A stretch of DNA of 64,000 nt, from positions 137,743 through 201,742 of the forward strand of contig CAYSKO010000001.1 in assembly GCA_964431835.1 (NCBI GenBank), read 5' to 3'. The position numbers were made by a program, and so were the translations under genes. The notes below the pieces were generated by a model. It made no database searches, had not been told where the DNA came from, and worked only from the letters and a program-made list of their open reading frames with translations. Below are positions 47,882 to 56,542 of this stretch, piece after piece. The stretch is from an uncultured Planctomycetia bacterium (lineage in GTDB: Bacteria > Omnitrophota > Gorgyraeia > 2-02-FULL-51-18). Position 1 is the first letter of the stretch, and each line of letters begins with the position of its first letter.

Positions 47882-48337
47882 ATGAACAAAGAAGCGGGCC
47901 CCCCGCCGCCCTCCAACGTCATATTGATCGCCGAAGACGACGAGGACGATTTCGTTCTTGCGAAAGAGGCGTTCGGGCAGCATTGTCCGATGAGCGATCT
48001 CCGCTGGGTGCGTAACGGCGAAGAGCTGATGGACTACCTGCACAAGCGCGGCCGCTTCGAGAAAGTGCCCGATCCCGCGATCATCCTACTCGATCTCAAC
48101 ATGCCGAAGATGGACGGCCGTGAAGCGCTGAAAGAGATCAAGGCGCATCCCGTACTCAAAAAAATTCCGATCGTCGCCCTCACCGGTTCCAACGACAAAG
48201 AGGACGTTTTCTTCGCCTATTCGAACGGCGTCAATTCCTTCATCCGTAAGCCGGTTGGTTTCGGCGAATTCGTCGATTTCATGAAAGTCTGTTACGAGTA
48301 CGGACTGGACCTCGTCAAGATCCCGAAGCTCGACTGA
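47882..48337 (+). CDS. Single-domain response regulator (receiver)
   Basis: ILIAEDDEDD...LLDLNMPKMDG...VALTGS. Confidence 0.75.
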   Translation: MNKEAGPPPPSNVILIAEDDEDDFVLAKEAFGQHCPMSDLRWVRNGEELMDYLHKRGRFEKVPDPAIILLDLNMPKMDGREALKEIKAHPVLKKIPIVALTGSNDKEDVFFAYSNGVNSFIRKPVGFGEFVDFMKVCYEYGLDLVKIPKLD

Positions 48338-48368
48338 TCCACCCCCTAAAAAACTAAAAAGTAAAATC

Positions 48369-49454
48369 TTGTCCGACGTTTACGACGTCTTCATTGCGGG
48401 CGGAGGCCCGTCCGGCAGCGCGCTTGCGCGTTCGCTGGCTCGCGCCGGTTTACGGACGCTGCTCGTCGAGCGTTCGTCGCCCGGCAGCGGCCGGGTGTGC
48501 GGCGGCTTCCTCGGTCCGGAGACCGCTTCCGCGTTCGAGGCGCTCGGTCTTCCGCCTCCGCCCTCGGCGCCGCTCGATACGCTCGTCCTCTCCGCGCCCC
48601 GGGTGAACGCGTTCGAACGCGCCATTCCCGGCCGTGCGTTCGGCGTGCGACGGGACGCGTTCGATGCCTGGCTCTTCGCCTCGGCCCGCGAAGCGGGCGC
48701 CGAGACGCTCGAGTCCGTTTCGTTTTCCGGCGCCGAGCGGGACGGTGGTTTATTTCGCGTGGCCCTCGCGGCTCGGAAAGGGGAGCGGTGCGTACGCGCA
48801 CGGCTCGTCGTAGTGGCCACCGGGCGCCGGCCCCACGCGCCCGGCGGCGCGGTGTCCTTCGGATCGAAAGCGCTTTACTCCGGAGTGGAGAAAATCGAAG
48901 GAAGGATCGCCTTGCATTTCGTCCGTGGCGGAAACGTGGGCTTGAATCCCGTGGGCGGCGGGCTCACGGCGCTTTGCTTTTACGTCGCGTCCAGTCGACT
49001 GCGCGAGACGCGCGGCTCGCTCGATGCGCTCGTGGAAGCTTTCGCCCGGGAAAACCCCTCTTTGGCCGCGCAGCTGGGCGCCGCGCGCCGCGAAGGAGAG
49101 TGGACGTCGTGCCAGGCGGAACCCGACGGCAGGAAAATACTGCGTTCCGAAACGGCCGTCCACGCGGGCGACTCGGTTTCGATGATTCATCCGCTCGTCG
49201 GCGGCGGGATTTCGCTCGCGCTGGCTTCAGGCGTCCTTCTTGCGGGATCGATTCGGCGAGAGGGTCCCGGCGAGCGTGCGGTTCGGCGCTACGCTGCTGA
49301 ATGGCCGCGGCGGTTCGGCCCCTCCTTCCGCTGGGCTGGCGCGGTGGGCCGCTTGCGCCGCTCGGAACGTCTCGCCGCACTCGCCCTGGGTCTTCTCCGC
49401 TCTTGTCCCGCCGCGCTGGATCCGCTCGTGCGGCGAACGCGCCCTTCAGGTTAA
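48369..49454 (+). CDS. FAD-dependent oxidoreductase (geranylgeranyl-reductase/monooxygenase-like)
   Basis: VFIAGGGPSGSALA dinucleotide-binding motif. Confidence 0.7.
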   Translation: MSDVYDVFIAGGGPSGSALARSLARAGLRTLLVERSSPGSGRVCGGFLGPETASAFEALGLPPPPSAPLDTLVLSAPRVNAFERAIPGRAFGVRRDAFDAWLFASAREAGAETLESVSFSGAERDGGLFRVALAARKGERCVRARLVVVATGRRPHAPGGAVSFGSKALYSGVEKIEGRIALHFVRGGNVGLNPVGGGLTALCFYVASSRLRETRGSLDALVEAFARENPSLAAQLGAARREGEWTSCQAEPDGRKILRSETAVHAGDSVSMIHPLVGGGISLALASGVLLAGSIRREGPGERAVRRYAAEWPRRFGPSFRWAGAVGRLRRSERLAALALGLLRSCPAALDPLVRRTRPSG

Positions 49455-49504
49455 AAATTTCTAATCGTATTTTAACCGTCCTTTAATCGCGTTTTTTGTA
49501 TCAT
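49451..49504 (+). promoter_or_regulatory. AT-rich phased hexamer module (copy O) with TTTAAT-11-TATCAT
   Basis: TTAAaaatttcTAATCGtatttTAACCGtccTTTAATcgcgttttttgTATCAT. The stop TAA lies inside the first TTAA. Confidence 0.45.
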
Positions 49505-49550
49505 GTGAAGCGTCGGGGCTCCCGCCCCGTATCCGACGCAAAGGATACCC

Positions 49551-50084
49551 ATGAATAAGTCGACACACCTTACGATTCTTTCTGCTCTGGCCCTTCTCGT
49601 GCCTGCCGTGCTTTTCGCTTCCGAAATCGATTCCATGTCGCGCATCGACGTGCCCGCGGGCTGGCAGACGGCTGAGCGCATCGGCTCGAGCGTGGCCCTC
49701 GCTTACAGAGCCCCTGCCGTGGCCGGCGACCACTTCGAGGAAAACGTGAATTGGGTGGTGAGCCCTCTTGAGGCGGAAACCGGGTTCGAGGAATACTCCC
49801 GCCGCGCCGTCGCCGAGGTTCTCGGAGGTGTACCCGATGCGCGCCTCCTGGAGTCGGCGCCCGACACGCTCGCCGGCGATCCGGCTTACCGGATTGTCTT
49901 CACGGGCCGGCTGGGCGCGAGGCCCATGAAATGGCTTCAAACATGGACGTTTCACGACGGGAAGATTTACGTCGCCACTTACAGCGCGGACGTCGCCGAT
50001 TACGAGTCTCGGCTGGCGGACGCCAACGAAGCGATCCGGTCCCTGCGTTTTAGGGATCCGGTCAACCAAAGGAGAACCAAATGA
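49551..50084 (+). CDS. Secreted hypothetical protein
   Basis: Signal peptide. Confidence 0.45.
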   Translation: MNKSTHLTILSALALLVPAVLFASEIDSMSRIDVPAGWQTAERIGSSVALAYRAPAVAGDHFEENVNWVVSPLEAETGFEEYSRRAVAEVLGGVPDARLLESAPDTLAGDPAYRIVFTGRLGARPMKWLQTWTFHDGKIYVATYSADVADYESRLADANEAIRSLRFRDPVNQRRTK

Positions 50085-50251
50085 ACAAACGTATCGGTGT
50101 GTTCGCCGCTGTGCTCGCAGTCGCTGGATTCGTCGGCCTTCAGGGTTGCGACAACCGCAGCGATCTCGAGAAGAATATGGACAAGGCGGGCAATAACATC
50201 CAGGAAGGTGTGAACGACGCCGGCCGGGGAATCAAAGATGCGACGGATTAA
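50081..50251 (+). CDS. Mini-lipoprotein 1 (56 aa, lipobox LQGC)
   Basis: Not in the ORF track. ATGA overlap with the upstream stop. MNKRIGVFAAVLAVAGFVGLQGC. Confidence 0.45.
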   Translation: MNKRIGVFAAVLAVAGFVGLQGCDNRSDLEKNMDKAGNNIQEGVNDAGRGIKDATD

Positions 50252-50399
50252 CGCGTTCCACTGGACCGCGCTCTCCCTCGTGCTCGCGACCGCCGTCGTG
50301 ACCTCCGGATGCGTGGCGGCCGCCATCGGCGCGGGTGCCGCGGGCGGTTACGTCGCGGCCAAGGACATGGAAGACGGTAAACTGATCGACTCACAGTAA
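50238..50399 (+). CDS. Mini-lipoprotein 2 (53 aa, lipobox TSGC)
   Basis: Not in the ORF track. MRRINAFHWTALSLVLATAVVTSGC, then a Gly/Ala-rich segment. Confidence 0.4.
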   Translation: MRRINAFHWTALSLVLATAVVTSGCVAAAIGAGAAGGYVAAKDMEDGKLIDSQ

Positions 50400-50410
50400 A
50401 GGAGCCAGAC

Positions 50411-50563
50411 ATGAAAAAGAACCTGACTCTGGCGCTGGCGCTCATCGCCGTCGCTTCCGTCGCCCTTCAGGGATGCGGTCCTCAGACCCGCGACTCCATG
50501 AAGCGGGACGTCAACTACGCCGCGGACAAGATCGACGGCAAGGTCGACGACGCGCGGGATTAA
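50411..50563 (+). CDS. Mini-lipoprotein 3 (50 aa, lipobox LQGC)
   Basis: Not in the ORF track. MKKNLTLALALIAVASVALQGC. The C-terminus DKIDGKVDDARD parallels copy 1. Confidence 0.45.
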   Translation: MKKNLTLALALIAVASVALQGCGPQTRDSMKRDVNYAADKIDGKVDDARD

Positions 50564-50569
50564 GCCGTT

Positions 50570-50610
50570 CCCCGGGAGCGCTTTTTCGCGCGCTCTCGGG
50601 GCGTTTTTTC
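50570..50610 (+). terminator. Rho-independent terminator
   Basis: CCCCGGGAGCGC...GCGCTCTCGGGG + T6. Confidence 0.65.
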
Positions 50611-50633
50611 TTGATCTTCAAGTGAGGAGAGCG

Positions 50634-51224
50634 ATGGAATCCCTACTCGCGACCCTGATCCTTTTCCTGGCGTCTTCCGCGGCCTTCGCGGAGGAGGCGC
50701 CCGCCGTTCCCGAAACGTTCGAGGGTGAGATCGCCGCCGTCGCGCCGGAGCAGAACGTCTTCAGCGTCACCACCAACCCCGGCTCCGAAGAACCCGACGT
50801 GCGCGTTCTGACGGACGAGGCGACCCGTTTCGTCGGTGTGGAGTCGCTTGGGGAGCTGCAGTTGGGGGACAAGGTCGAAATCGCCGCGGTCGAAGATCCC
50901 GCCACGAACTCGTGGGATGCCGAGAATATCACACTCGAGGAGCGTCCCGAGGAAGATCCCGCGCTCGCGATCGCCCGTGAAGTCATCAACGACGAGACAA
51001 TCCGGGGAGACCGTTCGAGTCTGGCACGCACCGGGACCGAACCGCGCGCCGAAACGGAACGAGCACCCCGACCCGCCGAAGTGAACCCCGAAAATGCGGT
51101 CCCGGCCGCCGCATCACCCGCCCCCGAAAACGCCCCCGAAGACACACCCGAAGACATCCGTCCGGAAGAAGGAGGCCCGCCTCGCCGGCCCACCGGAGAC
51201 GATCAGAGAAATTTTTCGCGGTAG
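50634..51224 (+). CDS. Secreted acidic Pro/Glu-rich protein
   Basis: Signal peptide MESLLATLILFLASSAAFA. SD GGAGAG. Confidence 0.45.
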   Translation: MESLLATLILFLASSAAFAEEAPAVPETFEGEIAAVAPEQNVFSVTTNPGSEEPDVRVLTDEATRFVGVESLGELQLGDKVEIAAVEDPATNSWDAENITLEERPEEDPALAIAREVINDETIRGDRSSLARTGTEPRAETERAPRPAEVNPENAVPAAASPAPENAPEDTPEDIRPEEGGPPRRPTGDDQRNFSR

Positions 51225-52255
51225 ATTTTTAAGAGGACGAAGAAGAGCGACAGCACGACCGGGGCAAGAAACATTCCCATGAGGCCGTACACCTGGACGC
51301 CGCCGAGAATGCCGAGGAAAAGAAGCAGATAGGGAAGCTTCGTTTTCCCCCCGATCAGGACGGGCTTGAGAAAATTATCCACGAGGCTGATTCCGAAGGC
51401 TCCCAATAGGAAAAGCACGATCGCCTTGGCGATCGCTTGCTTGAAAACGAGATAGAGGGTGAGCGGGAACCAGACCATGGGCGCTCCGAGTACCGGGATG
51501 AGGGCGGTCAGGAAAGTGACCGACGCGAAGAAGATCGGCAGCGGGATGCCCAGGGACCAAAAAATGATTCCGGCCAGAAGCGCCTGGATGAGCGCGGTCA
51601 GCAGCTGTCCGCGGATGACCGCTTCGAACGTCCCTGTCACGCGCTCGAAAACGTCGTGCCGGTCCGGTTCCTCTAGAGGCGTCGCGTCGTACACGAACGC
51701 GTAAATTTTCTCTCCGTCGCGCAGGAAGAAGAACACCAGGAAGAACGTCAGAAGGAAGTTGAGAGGAAAAAGAAGGATTCCGCGGGTCACCACCGCCGCC
51801 GGTGTGCCTGCCGCCGCCACGATCGAGCGGAAAGCCGCCGCGATCCACCCTTTGTAATTGGTCTGTACGACCTCCCATTGACCGACGATCGCTTCGATAC
51901 GCCGCATCGGCCGCAGGTCCATCAGCCGGTCCCACCACGCCTCGTACCGGTGCTCCCTTACCGCGTCGATCGCCCACTGGTAGAGTTTCACGGATTCGCC
52001 CGCGAGGCTCAGAACGATCACGAGAACCAGCGGCACGAACGCGAGGAAGATCACGGCGGTCGTCAGGAACGCCGTCCAACCGTCGTGTCCGTTCAGGTGG
52101 CGGCGGATGCGTACGTGCACGGGATAGAATCCGAACGAAAGGATCGCGGCCCAGAAGATCGGCTGCGCGAACGGCGACAGGATCCGGAGTGCTTGAAAGA
52201 CGACGAACCCGAAGAAGAAGAGGAAGAACCCGGTGACGAGCTGATGGCGATTCAT
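51203..52255 (-). CDS. AI-2E family transporter (PerM/YhhT-like)
   Basis: 8 TM helices and the conserved pattern. Start at MNRHQLV. Confidence 0.75.
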   Translation of the reverse strand: MNRHQLVTGFFLFFFGFVVFQALRILSPFAQPIFWAAILSFGFYPVHVRIRRHLNGHDGWTAFLTTAVIFLAFVPLVLVIVLSLAGESVKLYQWAIDAVREHRYEAWWDRLMDLRPMRRIEAIVGQWEVVQTNYKGWIAAAFRSIVAAAGTPAAVVTRGILLFPLNFLLTFFLVFFFLRDGEKIYAFVYDATPLEEPDRHDVFERVTGTFEAVIRGQLLTALIQALLAGIIFWSLGIPLPIFFASVTFLTALIPVLGAPMVWFPLTLYLVFKQAIAKAIVLFLLGAFGISLVDNFLKPVLIGGKTKLPYLLLFLGILGGVQVYGLMGMFLAPVVLSLFFVLLKIYREKFL

Positions 52256-52342
52256 GGGCTCCACTATAGCGTACGGCGCCCGGGCCGACAAGGGGGACCG
52301 CCGCGATTGACCGTGACGGGCGCATGGCTTAAGCTGGAAGGC

Positions 52343-53485
52343 ATGCGAAGGAAACTCCCCACTCTCATCACGGCCGTCCTTCTCTGCGCCCTTCCGGCGC
52401 TAGCGGAAACGCGCCTGCGCCTGGAGCCCGCCTTCCCGAAGCTCGAGTTCGAACGGCCCGTCGCGATGGAGGAGCCGCGTGACGGTTCGAAGCGGCTTTT
52501 CGTGGTCGAACAGCGGGGCACGATCCGTGTCTTCCGGCGAGATGTCTCGGAAAAAAGCGAGATCTTCCTCGATATTCGCGACCGCGTCGAATACGACCAA
52601 AGCGAAATGGGCCTTCTCGGACTCGCCTTTCATCCAAAATTCGCCGAGAACGGTTTTTTTTACGTCAATTACACGGCCGGCTCCCCGATGCGCACGGTGA
52701 TCGCGCGCTTCCGCGTCGATCCGAAGAATCCCGCGCTCGCCGACCGCGCGAGCGCGAAGACGATTCTTGAGATCGCCCAGCCTTACTCGAATCACAACGG
52801 CGGCCAAGTATCCTTCGGCCCCGACGGTTACCTGTACGTCGGTATGGGGGACGGGGGAGCGGCCGGCGATCCCCACGGCCACGGTCAAAACCGGAAGACG
52901 CTCCTCGGCGATTTGCTTCGCATCGACGTGGACCGCCCGACGGGAGGCCGCGCGTACGGAATTCCGCCGGACAATCCTTTCGTGGGCAACCGTGACGGTT
53001 GGCGGGAGGAAATCTACGCCTGGGGCCTTCGCAATCCCTGGCGTTTCGGTTGGGATGCCCAAGGCCGCCTGTGGCTCGCGGACGTGGGGCAGAACCGGCG
53101 CGAGGAGATCGATCTCGTCGAAAAGGGGAAGAATTACGGCTGGAACGTCATGGAAGGAAGTCTTTGTTTTAAGCCGCGCGAAGGCTGCGACAAAACCGGG
53201 CTCGAGCCTCCCGTCGCCGAGTACGGACGCGACGAGGGCGGCTGTGTCACTGGCGGCTACGTCTACGCGGGTCGGCGGGCACCGTCCCTCGCGGGCGCCT
53301 ACGTGTACGGCGATTTTCTTTCTACCCGGATTTGGACCTATCGCGCGGCCGCGCCCGGCGGCGCCCGGAACGACCTTCTCTTCGAAAGCGGCAAACAGAT
53401 CGCCTCGTTCGCGCTGGACGCCGACGGAGAGCTTTACGTGCTTGCGTTCGACGGCCGCATCTACGGCTTCACCGAAGGCCCATGA
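52343..53485 (+). CDS. PQQ-dependent soluble sugar (glucose/sorbosone) dehydrogenase-like beta-propeller
   Basis: Signal peptide. HNGG and GDGG motifs, NYGWN. Confidence 0.7.
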   Translation: MRRKLPTLITAVLLCALPALAETRLRLEPAFPKLEFERPVAMEEPRDGSKRLFVVEQRGTIRVFRRDVSEKSEIFLDIRDRVEYDQSEMGLLGLAFHPKFAENGFFYVNYTAGSPMRTVIARFRVDPKNPALADRASAKTILEIAQPYSNHNGGQVSFGPDGYLYVGMGDGGAAGDPHGHGQNRKTLLGDLLRIDVDRPTGGRAYGIPPDNPFVGNRDGWREEIYAWGLRNPWRFGWDAQGRLWLADVGQNRREEIDLVEKGKNYGWNVMEGSLCFKPREGCDKTGLEPPVAEYGRDEGGCVTGGYVYAGRRAPSLAGAYVYGDFLSTRIWTYRAAAPGGARNDLLFESGKQIASFALDADGELYVLAFDGRIYGFTEGP

Positions 53486-53787
53486 CTCCGGACGACGACG
53501 AACCGAAGGATTGGGAGCCCGTCGAAGAGGAAAAAATCCCCGAATCGCTCCAGCGCCGCTGGAACGATTACGTAAAGGAAGGCCTGCGTGCCGGCGTCTG
53601 CCGCTCGTGCGGGCATCTTTTCACCGAGGACGACCTCTCTTGCCCCGCTTGCGGCACCTGGACCGATATTCCGCGCCACGGCGTCGTTGTAGGTCTCTGG
53701 AAGTTCCTCACCGCCACGCCGTGGGGCTTCGTCACCCTGCTTCTAATCATCACCGCGGTTGCCGCCTACCTTTTTTCCGCGTACTAA
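53482..53787 (+). CDS. Zinc-ribbon protein with C-terminal TM helix
   Basis: CRSCG...CPACG. ATGA overlap with the upstream gene. Confidence 0.45.
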   Translation: MTPDDDEPKDWEPVEEEKIPESLQRRWNDYVKEGLRAGVCRSCGHLFTEDDLSCPACGTWTDIPRHGVVVGLWKFLTATPWGFVTLLLIITAVAAYLFSAY

Positions 53788-53794
53788 AACCTCT

Positions 53795-53855
53795 CATTAA
53801 AAAATTCTAATCTCATTTTAACCTCGCTTTAAGGTCGACGGGCGTATTCTCAAAT
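53795..53855 (+). promoter_or_regulatory. AT-rich phased hexamer module (copy P)
   Basis: TTAAaaaattcTAATCTcatttTAACCTcgcTTTAAGG...GCGTATTCT. Confidence 0.4.
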
Positions 53856-53973
53856 CAGCAACCGCCGACCCGATGAACGACGCGTTCATGCCTTTACCGG
53901 CCGGAGAAGAGCGCAGCGTGTCCGGGCCTACGGCGGTTTTCTTGTTTGTTTCCCGCCTCATACAAGAGGAGCG

Positions 53974-54282
53974 ATGACCATGCAGAAGAAACTGTACGTC
54001 GGAAACCTGAGTTTCAACGCGAAGGAAGAGGAAGTGCGCACGCTTTTTTCGGCCTGCGGGCCGGTCGAAGAGGTGAGCATCATCACCGACCGCCAAACCG
54101 GCCGACCGAAAGGCTTCGCGTTTGTCCGCATGGCGGACGACGAGGGCGCACGCAAAGCGCTCGAGCTGAACGACCGCGATTTCATGGGGCGCAACCTTCA
54201 GATCGCCGAAGCGCGCTCGGAGGGGCCCTTCGGCGCGGGCAGCGGTGCGCGCACGTCGGGACGAGGTTCCTCGGAATACTAA
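53974..54282 (+). CDS. RRM-type RNA-binding protein with Gly-rich tail
   Basis: RNP2 LYVGNL and RNP1 KGFAFVRM. Confidence 0.75.
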   Translation: MTMQKKLYVGNLSFNAKEEEVRTLFSACGPVEEVSIITDRQTGRPKGFAFVRMADDEGARKALELNDRDFMGRNLQIAEARSEGPFGAGSGARTSGRGSSEY

Positions 54283-55356
54283 ATGGCGCGCCGCGCGTTC
54301 GCCCTGGCGGCGGCGGCTCTGCTGGCCCTGCAAGCGGCCGCGTGGACCGAACCGACGTTCGTCGGAACGACCTACAGCCACCGGCAAAGCGGGTATTTCG
54401 ATCTCGACGCGAAACAGACCTACCTCGAGATCCTGAAGCTTGATTTCTACGTGATCCGACTGGGCGCGTACTGGGACGAGATCGAACGCGAGAAGGACCA
54501 CTTCGATTTCTCCACGCTTGATTGGCAGATCGCCGAAGCGAAGAAGCGCAACGTGCCGATCGTTTTGACCGTCGGTATGAAGGCGCCGCGCTGGCCCGAG
54601 TTCTTCATCCCCGAATGGCTCCGCCCCGCCGCACCGGTCGGCGGAGACGTGTCGAAAGACCCTTATCTGCGTGAACGGACGCTCAAGTTCGTGGAACAAG
54701 TCGTTCTCCGGTACAGGAACGAGCCCACCGTCCGCTACTGGCAGGTGGAGAACGAGGCGCTCGACCGCTCGGGTGCGCGTTACTGGTGGATCGGAAAAGA
54801 TTTTCTCAAGACCGAAGTCGATCTCGTCCGCCGTTTGGACGGCGGCAAGAGGCCGATCATCCTGACCGCCGCCACCTTCCCGAATGCGTTCCTATTTTTC
54901 CTCGCGCGGTTTCGCTTCGACGTGAATCCCATCTACGACAACCTGGAGATGTGCGACATCCTGGGGATCAATATCTATCCGGTGGTCGGGCAGATGTTCT
55001 GGGGCAAGAAACTCTACTTCTGGTCGACGCGCGGGGAGCGCGCCGAATATTTCACGAAGCTCCTGCGGCTCGCCAAGAAGCGCGGCAAGGACGCCTGGAT
55101 CATGGAGCTGCAGGCGGAGCCGTGGGAGCCCGGCATGCTCGTACACAAGACAAAGGAACGCGTGCCCAGCGGCTGGCCGGAGCCGGTGCGCGAAAGCTTC
55201 CGCGAGTTCAGGCAGCTCGGCTACAACGCTATTTTTCTATGGGGCGCGGAGTACTGGTATTACCGGAATTTCGTTCACGGAGATTCGAATTGGTGGGAGA
55301 TGGTCGGCGATCTCATGAAGGAAAGAGTGGCTGATTGGAAAGAGAATCACGTTTGA
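54283..55356 (+). CDS. Secreted TIM-barrel glycoside hydrolase (GH5/GH42-like, catalytic NE motif)
   Basis: Signal peptide. WQVENEA. Confidence 0.55.
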   Translation: MARRAFALAAAALLALQAAAWTEPTFVGTTYSHRQSGYFDLDAKQTYLEILKLDFYVIRLGAYWDEIEREKDHFDFSTLDWQIAEAKKRNVPIVLTVGMKAPRWPEFFIPEWLRPAAPVGGDVSKDPYLRERTLKFVEQVVLRYRNEPTVRYWQVENEALDRSGARYWWIGKDFLKTEVDLVRRLDGGKRPIILTAATFPNAFLFFLARFRFDVNPIYDNLEMCDILGINIYPVVGQMFWGKKLYFWSTRGERAEYFTKLLRLAKKRGKDAWIMELQAEPWEPGMLVHKTKERVPSGWPEPVRESFREFRQLGYNAIFLWGAEYWYYRNFVHGDSNWWEMVGDLMKERVADWKENHV

Positions 55357-55370
55357 CGAAGGAGGCTCGA

Positions 55371-56252
55371 GTGGGATTATTCGGTTCTGGAGGAGGCAGT
55401 GAAGAGGAGTTGGCCGCCTCGCGCTGCATCGAGTGGCAGGCGGACGCGCCAGACACGCTGGTCTCGCGCTTCCCGCTCAAGCGCGAGATCCGGATGGGCT
55501 CCTCTTTATTCGTGCGCGAGGGCCAGCGCGCGGCGTTCGTGGCGGACGGCCGCCTCGCCGACGTGTACGGTCCGGGACGCTACCGGCTCTCGGCCGCAAA
55601 CATGCCCGCGCTCACGGCGCTGCGCAATTGGAACTCGGGCTACAACGGCTCGTTCCGCTCGGACGTGTATTTCTTCAACGCCCGCAATTTCCCCGACCTC
55701 CCGTGGTCCTCTCCCGAGGAGCTCACCGTGAACGACTCTAAATTCGGCACGTTCCGCATCCGCGTGGCGGGCGTGTATACGGTGCGAGTCAACGACGTTG
55801 AGCGTGTCCTCCCGCTTTTTTCCGGGAAGATGGAGGACGTCTGCAAGATCAGCCGTATGGAAAGCCATCTACGGCAGACGATTCTTTCCGCGCTGATCGC
55901 CATTCTCGCCGACGGCGACGTGTCATTTTCCGATTTCGGGTGGGACTTGGGACTTCTCTCCGACAAGCTTTGGTTCATGATCGACCCCGCTTTCAAAGTG
56001 ATGGGTTTCAAGCTTGTGAAGTTCGCGGTCGAGGACCTTTGCCTGCCGGCCGACGTCCAGCGTACGCTCGACCGTAAGGCCGTCTCCCGTTACGCGGGAG
56101 CCGCGCCTGCCAAGCCTCCGTCGGCCGCACCCGCCGTCGCGGCCCCCGGCGCCGTCAAGATCGTGATCCGCTGCACGCAGTGCGATTGCCTGGCCCCGGA
56201 GCAGGCCAAGTTCTGCGCCGAGTGCGGCACGGCCCTCCGTAAGAAGGCATGA
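55371..56252 (+). CDS. SPFH/Band-7-like protein (PF13421-type) with C-terminal zinc ribbon
   Basis: GTG start with SD GAAGGAGG. MGLFGSGGG...IEWQADAPDTLVSRFP. C-terminal CTQCDC...CAECG. Confidence 0.6.
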   Translation: MGLFGSGGGSEEELAASRCIEWQADAPDTLVSRFPLKREIRMGSSLFVREGQRAAFVADGRLADVYGPGRYRLSAANMPALTALRNWNSGYNGSFRSDVYFFNARNFPDLPWSSPEELTVNDSKFGTFRIRVAGVYTVRVNDVERVLPLFSGKMEDVCKISRMESHLRQTILSALIAILADGDVSFSDFGWDLGLLSDKLWFMIDPAFKVMGFKLVKFAVEDLCLPADVQRTLDRKAVSRYAGAAPAKPPSAAPAVAAPGAVKIVIRCTQCDCLAPEQAKFCAECGTALRKKA

Positions 56253-56305
56253 CGCGCAGCCGTTTCTGTATTACAATCCCCTCTATCTAAAGAAAAGGGG
56301 AAACC

Positions 56306-56542
56306 ATGCCTTACGACGCGAGTCTCGACAAGAAGCTGTTCTCGAAAGAATGGGAAGACGACGGCGGACGCCTGGTTGTCAGCGTGTTCTCCTACAACGC
56401 AGGCACGAAGAAACTTCAGATCTCGCGCGAGACGCGGGACGCTGAAGGGGAGTTCCGTTTCGCGAAGCTCGGCCGCATGACTAAGCCCGAGCTCGAGGCC
56501 GTCCTGCCTTACCTCAACGAAGCACTTCAGCACATGGATTGA
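56306..56542 (+). CDS. Hypothetical small protein (78 aa)
   Basis: SD AAAGGGGA. ATGA overlap into malQ. Confidence 0.4.
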   Translation: MPYDASLDKKLFSKEWEDDGGRLVVSVFSYNAGTKKLQISRETRDAEGEFRFAKLGRMTKPELEAVLPYLNEALQHMD

